From IMG/VR virus record IMGVR_UViG_3300018080_000118, positions 32,001 to 96,000 of that record: a stretch of 64,000 nucleotides of DNA. One strand, written 5' to 3'. A model generated the notes under the pieces. That model was not told the origin of the DNA. It saw nothing but the letters and a program-made list of their open reading frames with translations, and ran no database searches. Positions 9,851 to 19,547 of this stretch are shown piece after piece. The stretch comes from a virus. The stretch's first letter is position 1. Each line of letters begins with the position of its first letter. The position numbers and the translations under genes are program-made.

Positions 9851-12800
9851 ATGCTGACCCCAAACATCAGTCTCAATAGCCCGAACAACGGCGATCTCCT
9901 GGGTGTGTGGGACGGTCCGGTCAACCAGAACTGGGCCACCCTCGATGCGCTCTTTTCCGGAGTATCTGCCGCGACCTCTGGTGGCACTGGGCACATCCAC
10001 AACGGAACCCCGGGCCAGGGTCCGCAACTCGACCACACGCAGCTCACGAGCATCGGAAGCAGGACACACCCTATCCTGGAGTCCGAGATCGACGGCCTGG
10101 ATACGCGCCTCACCTTCGTCGAAGACAACTACTGCGCGGACAGTCTGTGCGGGGCCGGCAGCGGCGGCGGTGGCGGGGGCGCGGGTGCAGGAAGTGCTTC
10201 TCCACAGCCGCCTCTCCACTATACCGACAACTTCACCACGGCAGCCAAGACCAAGATCGGGCAGAACGACTGGCTCGTCTCCAGCGACAGCACCGTTGAT
10301 CGCATGGAGACTACAGGTCGATCGGCATTCATGTTCATCGATCCGCTACTCCTCGGCACTCCCCTGGTGGAAAGATACTCGGCCGTGGTAAAGGCCCAGA
10401 TTCCGCACTCGACTGCTCAGCGGTGCACCTTCGCGATCACCCGATTCACGGCTGACCAGATCAACGACGACGACAGCTTCATGATGGTCATGACCCTCAT
10501 GTCCACCCACCAGCTGGGTGTCGCGTCTCCTTTCGTGCATGCTTGTGGCGTCAAGTTCATCCTGATCCTCACCAACAACGGCGGCGTGTTCACGATAACT
10601 CGTCAGGCGGTGGTGGAGGAGACGGACGGGGTATTCTTCCCCTACCAGCAGGATGTGATCACGGGGCTAACCTACTCCCAGGCTGAGACTTACGTTCGTG
10701 GCATTCACGAGTTCAGCATGGCCAAGGACGGCGGTTTCTGGTACTACAAAGACCGCGCCCCTGTCTGGACAATGCCGCCCAACACCATCTCCCAGCATTT
10801 CGGCCCTCTTCAGAATTACCTGGTGAACGTGCTCGGCGAGCCTCCTTTCGGCTCCATCGGCTTCGGCTTCTCCTGGAACATCAAGCCGCTCACAGTCATC
10901 GACACCGAGATGTCCTGGTTCACCATGGACTCGAACGATAACGTGGAGGAGACCAATCCTCCGCTGTCTGATCCAGGCAATACGCCGAGGCCCTATGACG
11001 AGGATCCCGTGGACACCTGCTGTGGCGGAGCCGGACCACTCGTTGGTGCCGAGGTGGACGTGTATGGCGATGGCACACGCATCGAGACTGTCATCGCAGC
11101 CGTGAGCGACACGGGGTACCGCATCTCCTCCGGCGAGATCATTCCCTGCCAGCCCGTGCTGCTGGACCCTGACTTCGTGCCCACAGACAATCCGGAGGGA
11201 GGCTCTGGTCTCGTGGATCTCCCGGTGTCCAACGCGCCGCCGAAGGATCTCATCACGGTCACTCCCTCGGACCCCAGACTTACCGTCACCGATGTCGAGG
11301 TGAACGATTCGGGCACGAGCATCGCCGTCAGCTATGATCTGGACGAGTACACCAACGGGGTTTCCTTCGATCTGGACGTCGTCTCCACGTATGACCCCGC
11401 CAACCAGATCATCGTGACCGGAGCTGTCACGGGGACGAATGCCACGCCGGTTGTCAAGACCCTGGCTTGGACGGACACTGAGGGCAATACAGTCGCCGGT
11501 GCTCTGGAAGGGCGGCTGCTGTACCTGGACATCTACACCGAGAACGCAGACTACCCTGTGCTGGGTCCTCCATATCCTGTGGATCCTGGGTCGGACCTGA
11601 CGTTCTCTGGGTCCGGGTTCTCCATCCTTCGTAAGTGGTTCGTCGCCAGCAACCACTACCGGGTGCTGTTGGATCTCGATGACGTCGAGGGTGGTGAGGT
11701 CGGGACCCCAGGAAGTGGAACAACCTTCGAGGTTCGCGTGGCCAACCGCGACGGGGCCTACGGCGCGAAGACCGTGACCATCGTGCCGGCGGATCCGGTG
11801 ATCCACTGGGTTACCTCGACCGACCCGCTGTGGCCTGCTCCGGGCACCTATCAGATCGACGTGCACGGGTACAACTTCCGTGATGCCACCTTCACGACGC
11901 CTACCTCTTTCGAGATGCAGGCCCCGCACTTGGTGAACTCGGTCATCAGCTACACGAGCACAGAGCAGGCTACCCTTGACGTGACTATCGCGGATCTCGG
12001 CGGCGGCCTTACGGGCAACGTGGAGCTTCGCGCTGAGCATGGGGCCTACCAGACGCCGTACCGGAATGTCCAGTACAACCCGGACGCCGTACCCATCGGC
12101 GTTTCCTCCGTGACCACCAGCCCGGTCGCTCCAGCCTACGAGGGCCAGGTGACCACGATCGAGATCGGTGGCACTGGTCTGCCGGAGTCCACGTACCGGA
12201 CCCTCCCGTTCTACAACAGTGGGTCCCCGGTAGCTTTCGCGATGAACCGATTCTGGGACCTCCAGATACCCACGCCGACGGACGCCACGATCAAGGTCTT
12301 CGTGGACTACGGGCAGGCCGGGAACGACATCCTGCTGGAGATGGACAAGCCGGGCTTCCCCACAGCCTCGGACACCACGCCAGCCATCGTCGCCCAGCCT
12401 ACACCATCTGCCACGGATGCCTGGAGCGGCGGCACCTATCCAGGCGCGACGGGCACCCTGACCGTCAGCGACCCCGGAGGAACGAACAGCTTCGCCCCGG
12501 GCATCGAAATCTTTGCTACCGCCGGTTCGACGATCATCCCTCTTGGCCCAACTGTGTGGGTGGATCCCGACAATGCCACCACCACGTACACGATGCCTGC
12601 CACGGCCACACCAGGTGACGCCGTGACTCTGACGGTCACGAACTCGTCTGGACCGTCCTACACGTGGACGACGCAGAACGTGGCCGACGCCCCTGTTGAG
12701 ATCCAGCGCATTGTGTGGGCGCAGCAGCGCCCTGTCGAGGGCCGCAGTGCGGTTCCGGCAACCGTGTACTGCAGCAACCTCGATCCAGCAGCCACGGCGT

Positions 12801-13876
12801 CTATCGCTTCTGGGGCTACGCTGGACTCGTACCTTGTCGTCGGACAGACCATGGAGATCGAGGTGAGCTTCGCACAGCTCTCGGGAGGCACCCCGTTCAC
12901 CATTCAGATCGACAACCCGACGCCGGTGCCTAGCTCGGATAGCATCGGGGCTACAGTGGAGACCGAGGCCGACCCCATCGTTGGTGTCGAGATCTCGCCG
13001 CCGACCCCTGGTGTCAGCCGCACAATTCGTCTCGTAGGCAACAACCTGTACCCGCCTGACGCTTACTCTGTGGGCATGACGCCCTCGCTGACCCTAACCG
13101 CAAACCTGACTTGGGACTCTGCGCGTCAGACGAAGGGAGAGTGGCAGGGTACCGTGGATGTCACAGGGACTCCAGGGCAGGCCCTCGACCTGTCGATCAC
13201 TCGGCCGTCCGGGCGTACGTTCTCGCGAACGAATGTCATGGTCATCCGGCCGCTGGACCTCATCCCGAGCAGCATTAGCGCGTCACCGTCTGACCTCACC
13301 TCGGCCCAGCTGATGGAAGTCGAGTTCAGCGGGAACGATTTCGGCAGTGTGCGCTCCATCGACCTGGTGTGCGAGCAGCCGGATCGCCAGCCCATTGGGG
13401 CGAGCGCTACAGTGCCGTGCACCATCGTGGGGTCAACCAGCAGCCTCGTCCGGGTGCAGTGCTCGGTGCCCACCGGCAACCTCGGCCTGACGTACAAGGC
13501 GAACTTCTACAACAGCGTGCTCGATCTTCTGAAGAGCGAGGCTGGGATGTTCACCGTGGTCAAGAGCCCGAATGGTCCCGAGATCCTCAACAAGGCCACA
13601 CTTTGGTCCGTGGTCAACACCACCGAAGCTGTGGAGCAGACCCTCTCTGTCTCGCTGAATCCCAACACACCCATCAACGACAAGAACACCGAGATCGTCG
13701 GAACGAATATCATCCTCGTCTCGGTTACGGACATCAGCCCAGGAGGTTCTCCGGGTACCGTCTTCGACGTAAAATTCAGGAACGGCGCAGCCGGACAGGT
13801 GGCCGAGCTTGCCTTCTACAATAAGCTCGTCACGCCCGAGGAAAAGGATGTGGTGGTCTGGACGATCACCACGTAA
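9851..13876 (+). CDS. Long fibre/appendage protein with lectin-like domain and tandem Ig/IPT-like repeats
   Basis: N-terminal TPNISL...W...VNQNWATLD anchor-like motif, poly-Gly linker, and repeated P-x-I...G-x-N-F Ig-like units; 1341 aa. Confidence 0.6.
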   Translation: MLTPNISLNSPNNGDLLGVWDGPVNQNWATLDALFSGVSAATSGGTGHIHNGTPGQGPQLDHTQLTSIGSRTHPILESEIDGLDTRLTFVEDNYCADSLCGAGSGGGGGGAGAGSASPQPPLHYTDNFTTAAKTKIGQNDWLVSSDSTVDRMETTGRSAFMFIDPLLLGTPLVERYSAVVKAQIPHSTAQRCTFAITRFTADQINDDDSFMMVMTLMSTHQLGVASPFVHACGVKFILILTNNGGVFTITRQAVVEETDGVFFPYQQDVITGLTYSQAETYVRGIHEFSMAKDGGFWYYKDRAPVWTMPPNTISQHFGPLQNYLVNVLGEPPFGSIGFGFSWNIKPLTVIDTEMSWFTMDSNDNVEETNPPLSDPGNTPRPYDEDPVDTCCGGAGPLVGAEVDVYGDGTRIETVIAAVSDTGYRISSGEIIPCQPVLLDPDFVPTDNPEGGSGLVDLPVSNAPPKDLITVTPSDPRLTVTDVEVNDSGTSIAVSYDLDEYTNGVSFDLDVVSTYDPANQIIVTGAVTGTNATPVVKTLAWTDTEGNTVAGALEGRLLYLDIYTENADYPVLGPPYPVDPGSDLTFSGSGFSILRKWFVASNHYRVLLDLDDVEGGEVGTPGSGTTFEVRVANRDGAYGAKTVTIVPADPVIHWVTSTDPLWPAPGTYQIDVHGYNFRDATFTTPTSFEMQAPHLVNSVISYTSTEQATLDVTIADLGGGLTGNVELRAEHGAYQTPYRNVQYNPDAVPIGVSSVTTSPVAPAYEGQVTTIEIGGTGLPESTYRTLPFYNSGSPVAFAMNRFWDLQIPTPTDATIKVFVDYGQAGNDILLEMDKPGFPTASDTTPAIVAQPTPSATDAWSGGTYPGATGTLTVSDPGGTNSFAPGIEIFATAGSTIIPLGPTVWVDPDNATTTYTMPATATPGDAVTLTVTNSSGPSYTWTTQNVADAPVEIQRIVWAQQRPVEGRSAVPATVYCSNLDPAATASIASGATLDSYLVVGQTMEIEVSFAQLSGGTPFTIQIDNPTPVPSSDSIGATVETEADPIVGVEISPPTPGVSRTIRLVGNNLYPPDAYSVGMTPSLTLTANLTWDSARQTKGEWQGTVDVTGTPGQALDLSITRPSGRTFSRTNVMVIRPLDLIPSSISASPSDLTSAQLMEVEFSGNDFGSVRSIDLVCEQPDRQPIGASATVPCTIVGSTSSLVRVQCSVPTGNLGLTYKANFYNSVLDLLKSEAGMFTVVKSPNGPEILNKATLWSVVNTTEAVEQTLSVSLNPNTPINDKNTEIVGTNIILVSVTDISPGGSPGTVFDVKFRNGAAGQVAELAFYNKLVTPEEKDVVVWTITT

Positions 13877-13903
13877 AAAAGGGGGCGGACGTACTCGCCC
13901 CCT
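13875..13903 (-). terminator. Rho-independent terminator (minus strand)
   Basis: The minus strand reads AAGGGGGCG-agtacgtc-CGCCCCC-TTTTTT. The U-tract is only on the minus strand. Confidence 0.75.
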
Positions 13904-14024
13904 TCCGGCCGCTACTACCTCCGAAGAGGGTCGCTGCAGGGGCCTTGCCGCATTCCGCACGAGGACGAGATACTTTCGCATCTCGCCCAGGTGGGTCGGA
14001 TCTTGGAGGTAGCCGATCAGGCAG
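13904..14024 (-). ncRNA. Putative structured RNA element (3' UTR or ncRNA)
   Basis: On the minus strand: GGGCGAGAUGC-GAAA-GUAUCUCGUCC 11-bp hairpin extendable by CAC/GUG and UCCG/CGGA; CCUC-UUCG-GAGG hairpin; CUACCUCC/GGAGGUAG long-range pairing. Confidence 0.5.
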
Positions 14025-14171
14025 TTACCGTGATCGTTTTCGACCTCTCCGTCTTTTCTTGGATTTGGCATTGACCTTCTTTTCGACAAGTCGAACGAGG
14101 CCGTCGGCCAGCTCCTTTGCAAAGATGGTGAGCGCCACCTCCGCCACCCGCCCGAGACCAGGATTTACCAT
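14025..14171 (-). CDS. 48-aa basic amphipathic peptide (not in the ORF track)
   Basis: AAAGGAGG SD 9 nt upstream. Translates to MVNPGLGRVAEVALTIFAKELADGLVRLVEKKVNAKSKKRRRGRKRSR. Confidence 0.6.
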   Translation of the reverse strand: MVNPGLGRVAEVALTIFAKELADGLVRLVEKKVNAKSKKRRRGRKRSR

Positions 14172-14203
14172 AGGACGCGTCCTCCTTTCGCTCGGGTGTA
14201 GCG

Positions 14204-14241
14204 ACTATAAAATTGACGAATGCCCTGCGTAAGGGCATACT
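14204..14241. promoter_or_regulatory. Divergent sigma70-like promoters with a palindrome
   Basis: + strand TTGACG-N17-CATACT (14213-14241); - strand TATAGT (14204-14209); ATGCCCT-N5-AGGGCAT inverted repeat at 14220-14238. Confidence 0.5.
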
Positions 14242-14292
14242 TCCAACGATATACTTCTGCCACAACTGGCGTGTGTTTTTCGGAGTCACGAC

Positions 14293-14919
14293 ATGGATAG
14301 CGCAATGCTGCGAATCCTCGGCGATACGGTTGGAACCGCTGTGGGTGAGCATACCCTGTTCCACCGGGGCATCATGAAACTCGCCGACCTGGACAGCAAT
14401 CCCGTCATGCAGGCACTGGCGGCGCAGATGCTCCAGCAACCGCCCGAGAACATGCCCATGCTGGTGAGTCTCTATGCGCAGAAGCTGGAAAAGGATCTGC
14501 GCGAGGACCTGCAGGGCGAGCAGGAGCTTGCCGAAGAGGAGACCGATCCTCTCCGCATGGAGAACGATCGGCTTCGTGCGATGGTGGAAAATCTGCGCAC
14601 GAGGATCCAGCTCATCGACAAGCAGAAGGAGCTCGGAAGACTGCAGGGCGAGATGGCCGCCACCCAGGAGATGTCACCCAACCCCGCTGCCGCTGCCGCA
14701 GCAGGAGGGCTTCCTGCTGAGGCCGGAGGGATGCCCCCCGAGGCCGCAGCCGCTGCGCAACAGCAGGAGCAGATGGCCATGATGCAGGCTGCACAGCAAG
14801 CAGCCCTTCAGCAGGCCGCAGCCGCTCAGCAGGCCGCCGCGCAGGGACAGCAGCAACAGGCTGCCCCAATAGTACAGGGGGCTCAGGGCGTAGGCCCAGT
14901 GGAAGCCGCCGCCGTTTAG
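14293..14919 (+). CDS. Coiled-coil, Gln/Ala-rich hypothetical protein
   Basis: GGAG SD; central coiled coil; low-complexity QQAA C-terminus. Confidence 0.65.
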   Translation: MDSAMLRILGDTVGTAVGEHTLFHRGIMKLADLDSNPVMQALAAQMLQQPPENMPMLVSLYAQKLEKDLREDLQGEQELAEEETDPLRMENDRLRAMVENLRTRIQLIDKQKELGRLQGEMAATQEMSPNPAAAAAAGGLPAEAGGMPPEAAAAAQQQEQMAMMQAAQQAALQQAAAAQQAAAQGQQQQAAPIVQGAQGVGPVEAAAV

Positions 14920-14929
14920 GAGAAGATCC

Positions 14930-16060
14930 ATGTTCAAGCTGGCCGGAAGAGTCCTCGACTTCTACGACGATCCGGACTTCGTGACCAACCTGACAGCCCA
15001 GTCGCTGTTCGGCGACAAGCTGTACGCGCCGGAGGAGGTACACTCCCTCCCCGACAAGATGTTCACGGTCAAGATCGCCACGCGCCAGGGCACTGTCCGC
15101 AAATGGCCTGTGTTCAACAAGCTCGCCGTACGTCTGTCCGGAGAGTATTTCAACGCGGCAGCGCGCGAGCTGCCAGAAGATCTGCGGAACACCGCCGGAT
15201 TCTTCCTGAAGACCGCGCACCAGCGTCACGGCCTCGCTCTGCCCTCGGCCCTCGACCAGGACTTCCCGCAACCGGAAACCTGGATCGTCGAGCTGCCCTC
15301 CGAGAGCTCCTCGGAGATCATGCAGGAGCCGACCATCCAGGCCATGACCAAGCGCGCCCAGGATGATTTTCTGAGCAGCCTGCGGGAGATGGATCCGGAG
15401 GAGCGGTTCAACCAGGCCAACGCCATCTTCGAACTATGCAAGAAGGCGCAGGTCGATCTCGACAGCCGCATCTGGGACTACGTGGAGAAGGAGCGCTTCG
15501 GCCCCCATCTCCAGGACGAGCTCCAGACACGGCGTACCATGATCAAGGAGGCCAGCGGAGACGTGCTGGCTGAGAGCTTCATCCAGACGCTCTCCAAGTT
15601 CACCGATCAGGGCCTCCGCAAGTTTGCTGAGATCATCCTCAGCTTCGATCGGCAGGCTGGCCTGGACTCCGAGTGGGACGGTCGTCTTCGCGATCCCTAC
15701 GAGGCGGTCTACGGCGGCATGGAGATGAAGAAGCAGGCTTCCAAGGAGAGCGACGTTCTCAGCTGGAAGCTCCAGACCCTCTGCATGAAGCCGAAGGAGC
15801 TGGAGCGCATCTTCGAGCCACTGTTCGTCAACCAGTTCCTGAACGATCCGATCGGCTCCTACAAGAAGGCGAGCCCGCTCACCAAGAAGATCATCCTCAG
15901 CCTCGTGAAGAAGATTCCTGCTCCGAAGACTGGCGAAGTGAAGGCGCATCTGACCGAGAGCTACAAGAACGAGAAGAGCTCGATGCCGCTGGATCACGTG
16001 CTGAAGTCTGTGGGCAAGGACATCTCGGAAGGACGTCGTGGCTGTCATTTCCACACCTAA
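14930..16060 (+). CDS. Hypothetical head-associated protein (K-x-A motif rich)
   Basis: AGGAG SD; 376 aa; contains KLAG, KTAH, KRAQ, KEAS and KQAS. Confidence 0.6.
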   Translation: MFKLAGRVLDFYDDPDFVTNLTAQSLFGDKLYAPEEVHSLPDKMFTVKIATRQGTVRKWPVFNKLAVRLSGEYFNAAARELPEDLRNTAGFFLKTAHQRHGLALPSALDQDFPQPETWIVELPSESSSEIMQEPTIQAMTKRAQDDFLSSLREMDPEERFNQANAIFELCKKAQVDLDSRIWDYVEKERFGPHLQDELQTRRTMIKEASGDVLAESFIQTLSKFTDQGLRKFAEIILSFDRQAGLDSEWDGRLRDPYEAVYGGMEMKKQASKESDVLSWKLQTLCMKPKELERIFEPLFVNQFLNDPIGSYKKASPLTKKIILSLVKKIPAPKTGEVKAHLTESYKNEKSSMPLDHVLKSVGKDISEGRRGCHFHT

Positions 16061-16676
16061 ACTGTTCACGGAACGCTTCGTACCTCCCAAGGTCTATGTA
16101 GGCGTTCTGTCCAAGATGCTCGGCGGCCTGTGGCCTACATGGGAGCCGGAGACGATCTGGGCGGACATTCGTGATGAGGCCGGCGTGGACGTGTCGGACG
16201 AGGTTCGGGACAAGATCAATGCCCTGCGCCTCCTGCTCACCACAGATAACTTCTGGGAGGAGTTCACCGTCTTCGAGAACGTGATCCTCGCCTTCAATGA
16301 TCGGCATGTCGACCCGTCGTACGTCCAGGTGTGTCTCCCGCAGGAGCTTGCCTACGGCTTGACCGTGGCTGGCTCGATCAAGGTAAAGCCCTTCTCTTCC
16401 GAGATCATCAACTATATCCGGGCGTGCTGTACGCAGGACGGCCTCGTGGTGTATCCAAACATTTTTTCCTTTGCTCAGCCGCGCTTCGAAGATCCAACTC
16501 TCCGTGAGCTCGTCCATGACACGCAGAAGGTGTGGGATGCTCAACGGTTTGCCCAGCTGCGCGTACCTCCCGGGGAGGAAGAAGACGCAGTGGTGGTGCA
16601 GGTCGCGAAGCTCCACGACATCGACGTGTACGTGAAGGAGCGGCTTGACAAGGGATTGAGCCTGAAGCTAGCATGA
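16038..16676 (+). CDS. Hypothetical phage protein
   Basis: Protein-like 212-aa ORF in the operon upstream of the portal gene. Confidence 0.6.
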   Translation: MAVISTPKLFTERFVPPKVYVGVLSKMLGGLWPTWEPETIWADIRDEAGVDVSDEVRDKINALRLLLTTDNFWEEFTVFENVILAFNDRHVDPSYVQVCLPQELAYGLTVAGSIKVKPFSSEIINYIRACCTQDGLVVYPNIFSFAQPRFEDPTLRELVHDTQKVWDAQRFAQLRVPPGEEEDAVVVQVAKLHDIDVYVKERLDKGLSLKLA

Positions 16677-16906
16677 ATCTGTTCTTCAATAGTTTCGCGG
16701 ATGAGATGGTGAAGCTTGCTAAGCTTCCTCACGGAAGCGCTGACGAAGCTTCCAAGGCGAAGACCAAGAAGAAGGAGCAACAAGACGACGAGCTTCGTCG
16801 CTGGGTCATGGCTATTAGGGACGCGGCCGAACAGAAACTGAAAGAGACCGCCTCCCCGGCTGGTCGTCGTCGCGCTATGCAGCGCAGAATGATGTGGGGT
16901 AGCTAG
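16673..16906 (+). CDS. Small protein with N-terminal FFNSFADEMVKLA tag
   Basis: Coupled ATGA start; N-terminal motif shared with the ORFs at 40612 and 49849. Confidence 0.65.
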   Translation: MNLFFNSFADEMVKLAKLPHGSADEASKAKTKKKEQQDDELRRWVMAIRDAAEQKLKETASPAGRRRAMQRRMMWGS

Positions 16907-18831
16907 TGTCAATACAAGGCGCAAAGTCGGCATCGAGGTTCGGGCACAAGTCCCTGATGACTTACCCGCACCCCTCCTTCGATCTCTCGTCGGCGTATAT
17001 CCCGCCGTCGATGAAGGAGCTGTACAGGTGGTGCCTCTTCCTGTACATGACGCACTCCGAGATCAAACCCATCATCAAGAAGAAGGTGGCGTACGTTCAG
17101 ACGCCCATTATCTACGACGGGGAAGATGCAGACATCAAGATCTGGAAGGATGTGCTGGAGCGCACCATCAACATCAAGCGTGTTGAGATGGGGGCGCTCA
17201 TAGACGTTGGTGTCTTCGGCGTGGCCTATCTATCCCTCTACTATCCTTTCGAGCGTTACCTCGTCTGCCCGTCGTGCGGCGAGAAGAAGTCCCTCAAGGC
17301 CCTCAAGGATTGGAAGTACGAGCACCACCAGTGGATGTCCGAGTGCCCCGAGTGCGACTACAAGGGAGAGTTCAAGTCCGAGACCAAGCACGTGAAGAAT
17401 CGGTCTCGGGTCAAGATTATCCGCTGGCGACCGATGGACATCGAGGTCGAAGCCAATCCTTGGACGGGGTACAAGCAGTACACCTATCGTGTTCCTCGTG
17501 CCCTTCGCAAGAAGGTCGAGGATCCCAACAAGAACCGGGTTCTGGTCGAGACCACGCCGGATGAGCTCCTGCTGGCGATCAAGAAGAAGCAGAACTTCCT
17601 GCTGGATTCCGAGCAGCTCTTTGTGTTCGAGGAGCTATCTCCCTCTGCCGAGGATGACAGCTTCCCGATCCCTCCGCTCCTCCACGTGTTCAAGGATTCG
17701 TGGCTGTTCCAGACGCTGCGCCGCGCCCAGGAGGCGATCAGCGTGGAGCACATCCTTCCGCTGACCGTCCTCATTCCGGCCCCGACGCAGGCTGGTGTGT
17801 CTCCCCACCAGAACTACGATCTAGGTACGTGGCAGACGCACATGAATCAGATGGTGCGTACGTGGCGTAGAGATCCCAACGCCATCTACACCGCGCCTTT
17901 CCCGGCTACAGTCGAGAACATCCGTGGAGACGCGCAGGCCCTGAACGTGTTCAGAGACATGGAGATGGTCAGGCAGCAGATCGCTGCTGGGCTGGACGTC
18001 CCCATCGAGTTCATCATGGGGAACCTGAACTGGACCGGGGCCTCCGTCTCTCTGCGTGTCCTGGAGAACCTCTTTCTGAACATGATCGAGGATCTCGAAC
18101 GCTTCGAGCAGACCTTCGTCATCCCTAAGCTGCGCCGCCATCTTCGCCTGCCGAAAATCGACATCCGCCACCAGGACTTCAAGATGGCGGACGATGCCCA
18201 GCAGAAGCAGATCGCTCTGTCTCTGCGGCAGACCAACACCATCTCCGACCGCACCACTATCGACGAGCTCGGCTTCGAGAACGAGGAAGAGGAGAAGCGC
18301 AAGAAAGTGGAGGCGGGGGAGCGCCTCAAGGAGATGCGGACTATGCAGATCCAGCAGGCGAAGATCCAGGCCGAGGTGCTGCTCATCAACACGAAAGCGC
18401 AGGTCGATGCCCAGAAGATTCAGTTCGAGGCGCAGCAGGAGATGCAGGAGACCGCACAGGCCAAGCAGCAACAGGCCCAGCAGCAGCAGTTCGAGCAGCA
18501 ACAGGTCCAGCAGCAGCAGGCTGTGGACGCGCAGCAGGCGCAGGTGGCGCAGACGGTACAGACCGCCGTCGACGCTCAGAAATCATCTGAGGGTAACGGG
18601 AAGGCCGTCCCTGGCCTCACACACCCCCAGCTTCTGGGCAACATGGTCGAGCGCTTCATGAAGGACGTTCCTGATCACATGAAGGACCAGGAGCTCATGA
18701 TGATCGAGGAGACGAACAAGCCCTTGGCCCGCGCACTGAAGCGCCGGCAGCGACTGATCGAAGCCTCGGTCAAGAGCATCGTACCGCTGCCCGAGCAGAA
18801 ACCACCTCGGAGGGAGGCCGCGACTATCTGA
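16906..18831 (+). CDS. Portal protein (with CxxC...CxxC zinc ribbon and Gln-rich tail)
   Basis: 641 aa; portal-like IPPLLHVFK...QQIAAGLDVPIEFIMG...GASVSLRVLEN; head-module position. Confidence 0.7.
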   Translation: MSIQGAKSASRFGHKSLMTYPHPSFDLSSAYIPPSMKELYRWCLFLYMTHSEIKPIIKKKVAYVQTPIIYDGEDADIKIWKDVLERTINIKRVEMGALIDVGVFGVAYLSLYYPFERYLVCPSCGEKKSLKALKDWKYEHHQWMSECPECDYKGEFKSETKHVKNRSRVKIIRWRPMDIEVEANPWTGYKQYTYRVPRALRKKVEDPNKNRVLVETTPDELLLAIKKKQNFLLDSEQLFVFEELSPSAEDDSFPIPPLLHVFKDSWLFQTLRRAQEAISVEHILPLTVLIPAPTQAGVSPHQNYDLGTWQTHMNQMVRTWRRDPNAIYTAPFPATVENIRGDAQALNVFRDMEMVRQQIAAGLDVPIEFIMGNLNWTGASVSLRVLENLFLNMIEDLERFEQTFVIPKLRRHLRLPKIDIRHQDFKMADDAQQKQIALSLRQTNTISDRTTIDELGFENEEEEKRKKVEAGERLKEMRTMQIQQAKIQAEVLLINTKAQVDAQKIQFEAQQEMQETAQAKQQQAQQQQFEQQQVQQQQAVDAQQAQVAQTVQTAVDAQKSSEGNGKAVPGLTHPQLLGNMVERFMKDVPDHMKDQELMMIEETNKPLARALKRRQRLIEASVKSIVPLPEQKPPRREAATI

Positions 18832-19172
18832 TGACGGCTCAACCGAAAAAGACCGGTGCCGAGATCAAGAGCCTCATCTCTCGCCTACAGCCTGCTCGTA
18901 AAACGCAGCTCCGTGTCTTTCGAGACGACGATGATGCTGCCCCAGGCTCCACCGTCAAGGTCATCCACAAGATCACCACGATCCAGCCAGATACGCGCAC
19001 CGGCGCGAAGACTTGGGAAGAGCTACACAACGACCCGAACATCGTGATCAACGCCGAGAAGGACTACATGAGCCACAAGGATGGGCTCAAGACGGTCATC
19101 CGGTACACGATCTACAAGCGGGAAGAGCCTCCACAGGACCCCGAAGATATGGCTGCCGACCTGCTCGGGTAA
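18831..19172 (+). CDS. Hypothetical protein
   Basis: Coupled to the portal stop (TGATG). Confidence 0.6.
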   Translation: MTAQPKKTGAEIKSLISRLQPARKTQLRVFRDDDDAAPGSTVKVIHKITTIQPDTRTGAKTWEELHNDPNIVINAEKDYMSHKDGLKTVIRYTIYKREEPPQDPEDMAADLLG

Positions 19173-19218
19173 GGTCCCCGCGCTGTCTCCCTATCTCCAT
19201 GCGGTACGCCTTTTTATC

Positions 19219-19247
19219 TTCACTTCTAGAAAACTATGTCATATAAT
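19219..19247 (+). promoter_or_regulatory. Sigma70-like promoter upstream of the RNAP gene
   Basis: TTCACT-N17-TATAAT in an AT-rich intergenic island. Confidence 0.6.
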
Positions 19248-19313
19248 AAAGGTAGAAGGAGACGACGATGATGCGAGAGATCGCTTACTTTGCCGCAGAA
19301 AAGTTAGGTAGGA

Positions 19314-19487
19314 ATGGAGATGATTACGATGGTAGCACATCTGCTGCAACACCATCCGGACGTGCTGTTCGACCGCACGCCCACTCCGATTCCATGTCCG
19401 TGCTGCGGGGACCTGTTGTTTCCTGCACCAGGCGGGCTGGTATGCGAGTGCGGCACCTACGTCGCAACACACAAAGTAGCAGCATGA
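19314..19487 (+). CDS. Small zinc-ribbon protein (57 aa, not in the ORF track)
   Basis: MEMITMVAHLLQHHPDVLFDRTPTPIPCPCCGDLLFPAPGGLVCECGTYVATHKVAA, with CxxCG...CxCG. It overlaps the alternative 85-aa ORF 19268-19525. Confidence 0.55.
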   Translation: MEMITMVAHLLQHHPDVLFDRTPTPIPCPCCGDLLFPAPGGLVCECGTYVATHKVAA

Positions 19488-19547
19488 GTGACTTTCCGCT
19501 GAACTCAGTTAGAATTATCAGGTAATAACTGATGAGGCGGACGCTCC

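Noticed and set aside
8231-10219. Long antisense ORFs (e.g. 662 aa here; also 10667-12040, 23766-25196, 46298-47878, and 54527-56359 on +)
   Set aside because: These are shadow ORFs expected opposite high-GC genes with strong third-position bias. They have no SD or motifs and lie fully opposite well-supported genes.
14010-14024. CUGAUCG on the minus strand as a hammerhead ribozyme core
   Set aside because: It does not match CUGAnGA, and the GAAA present is a hairpin tetraloop rather than a core junction.
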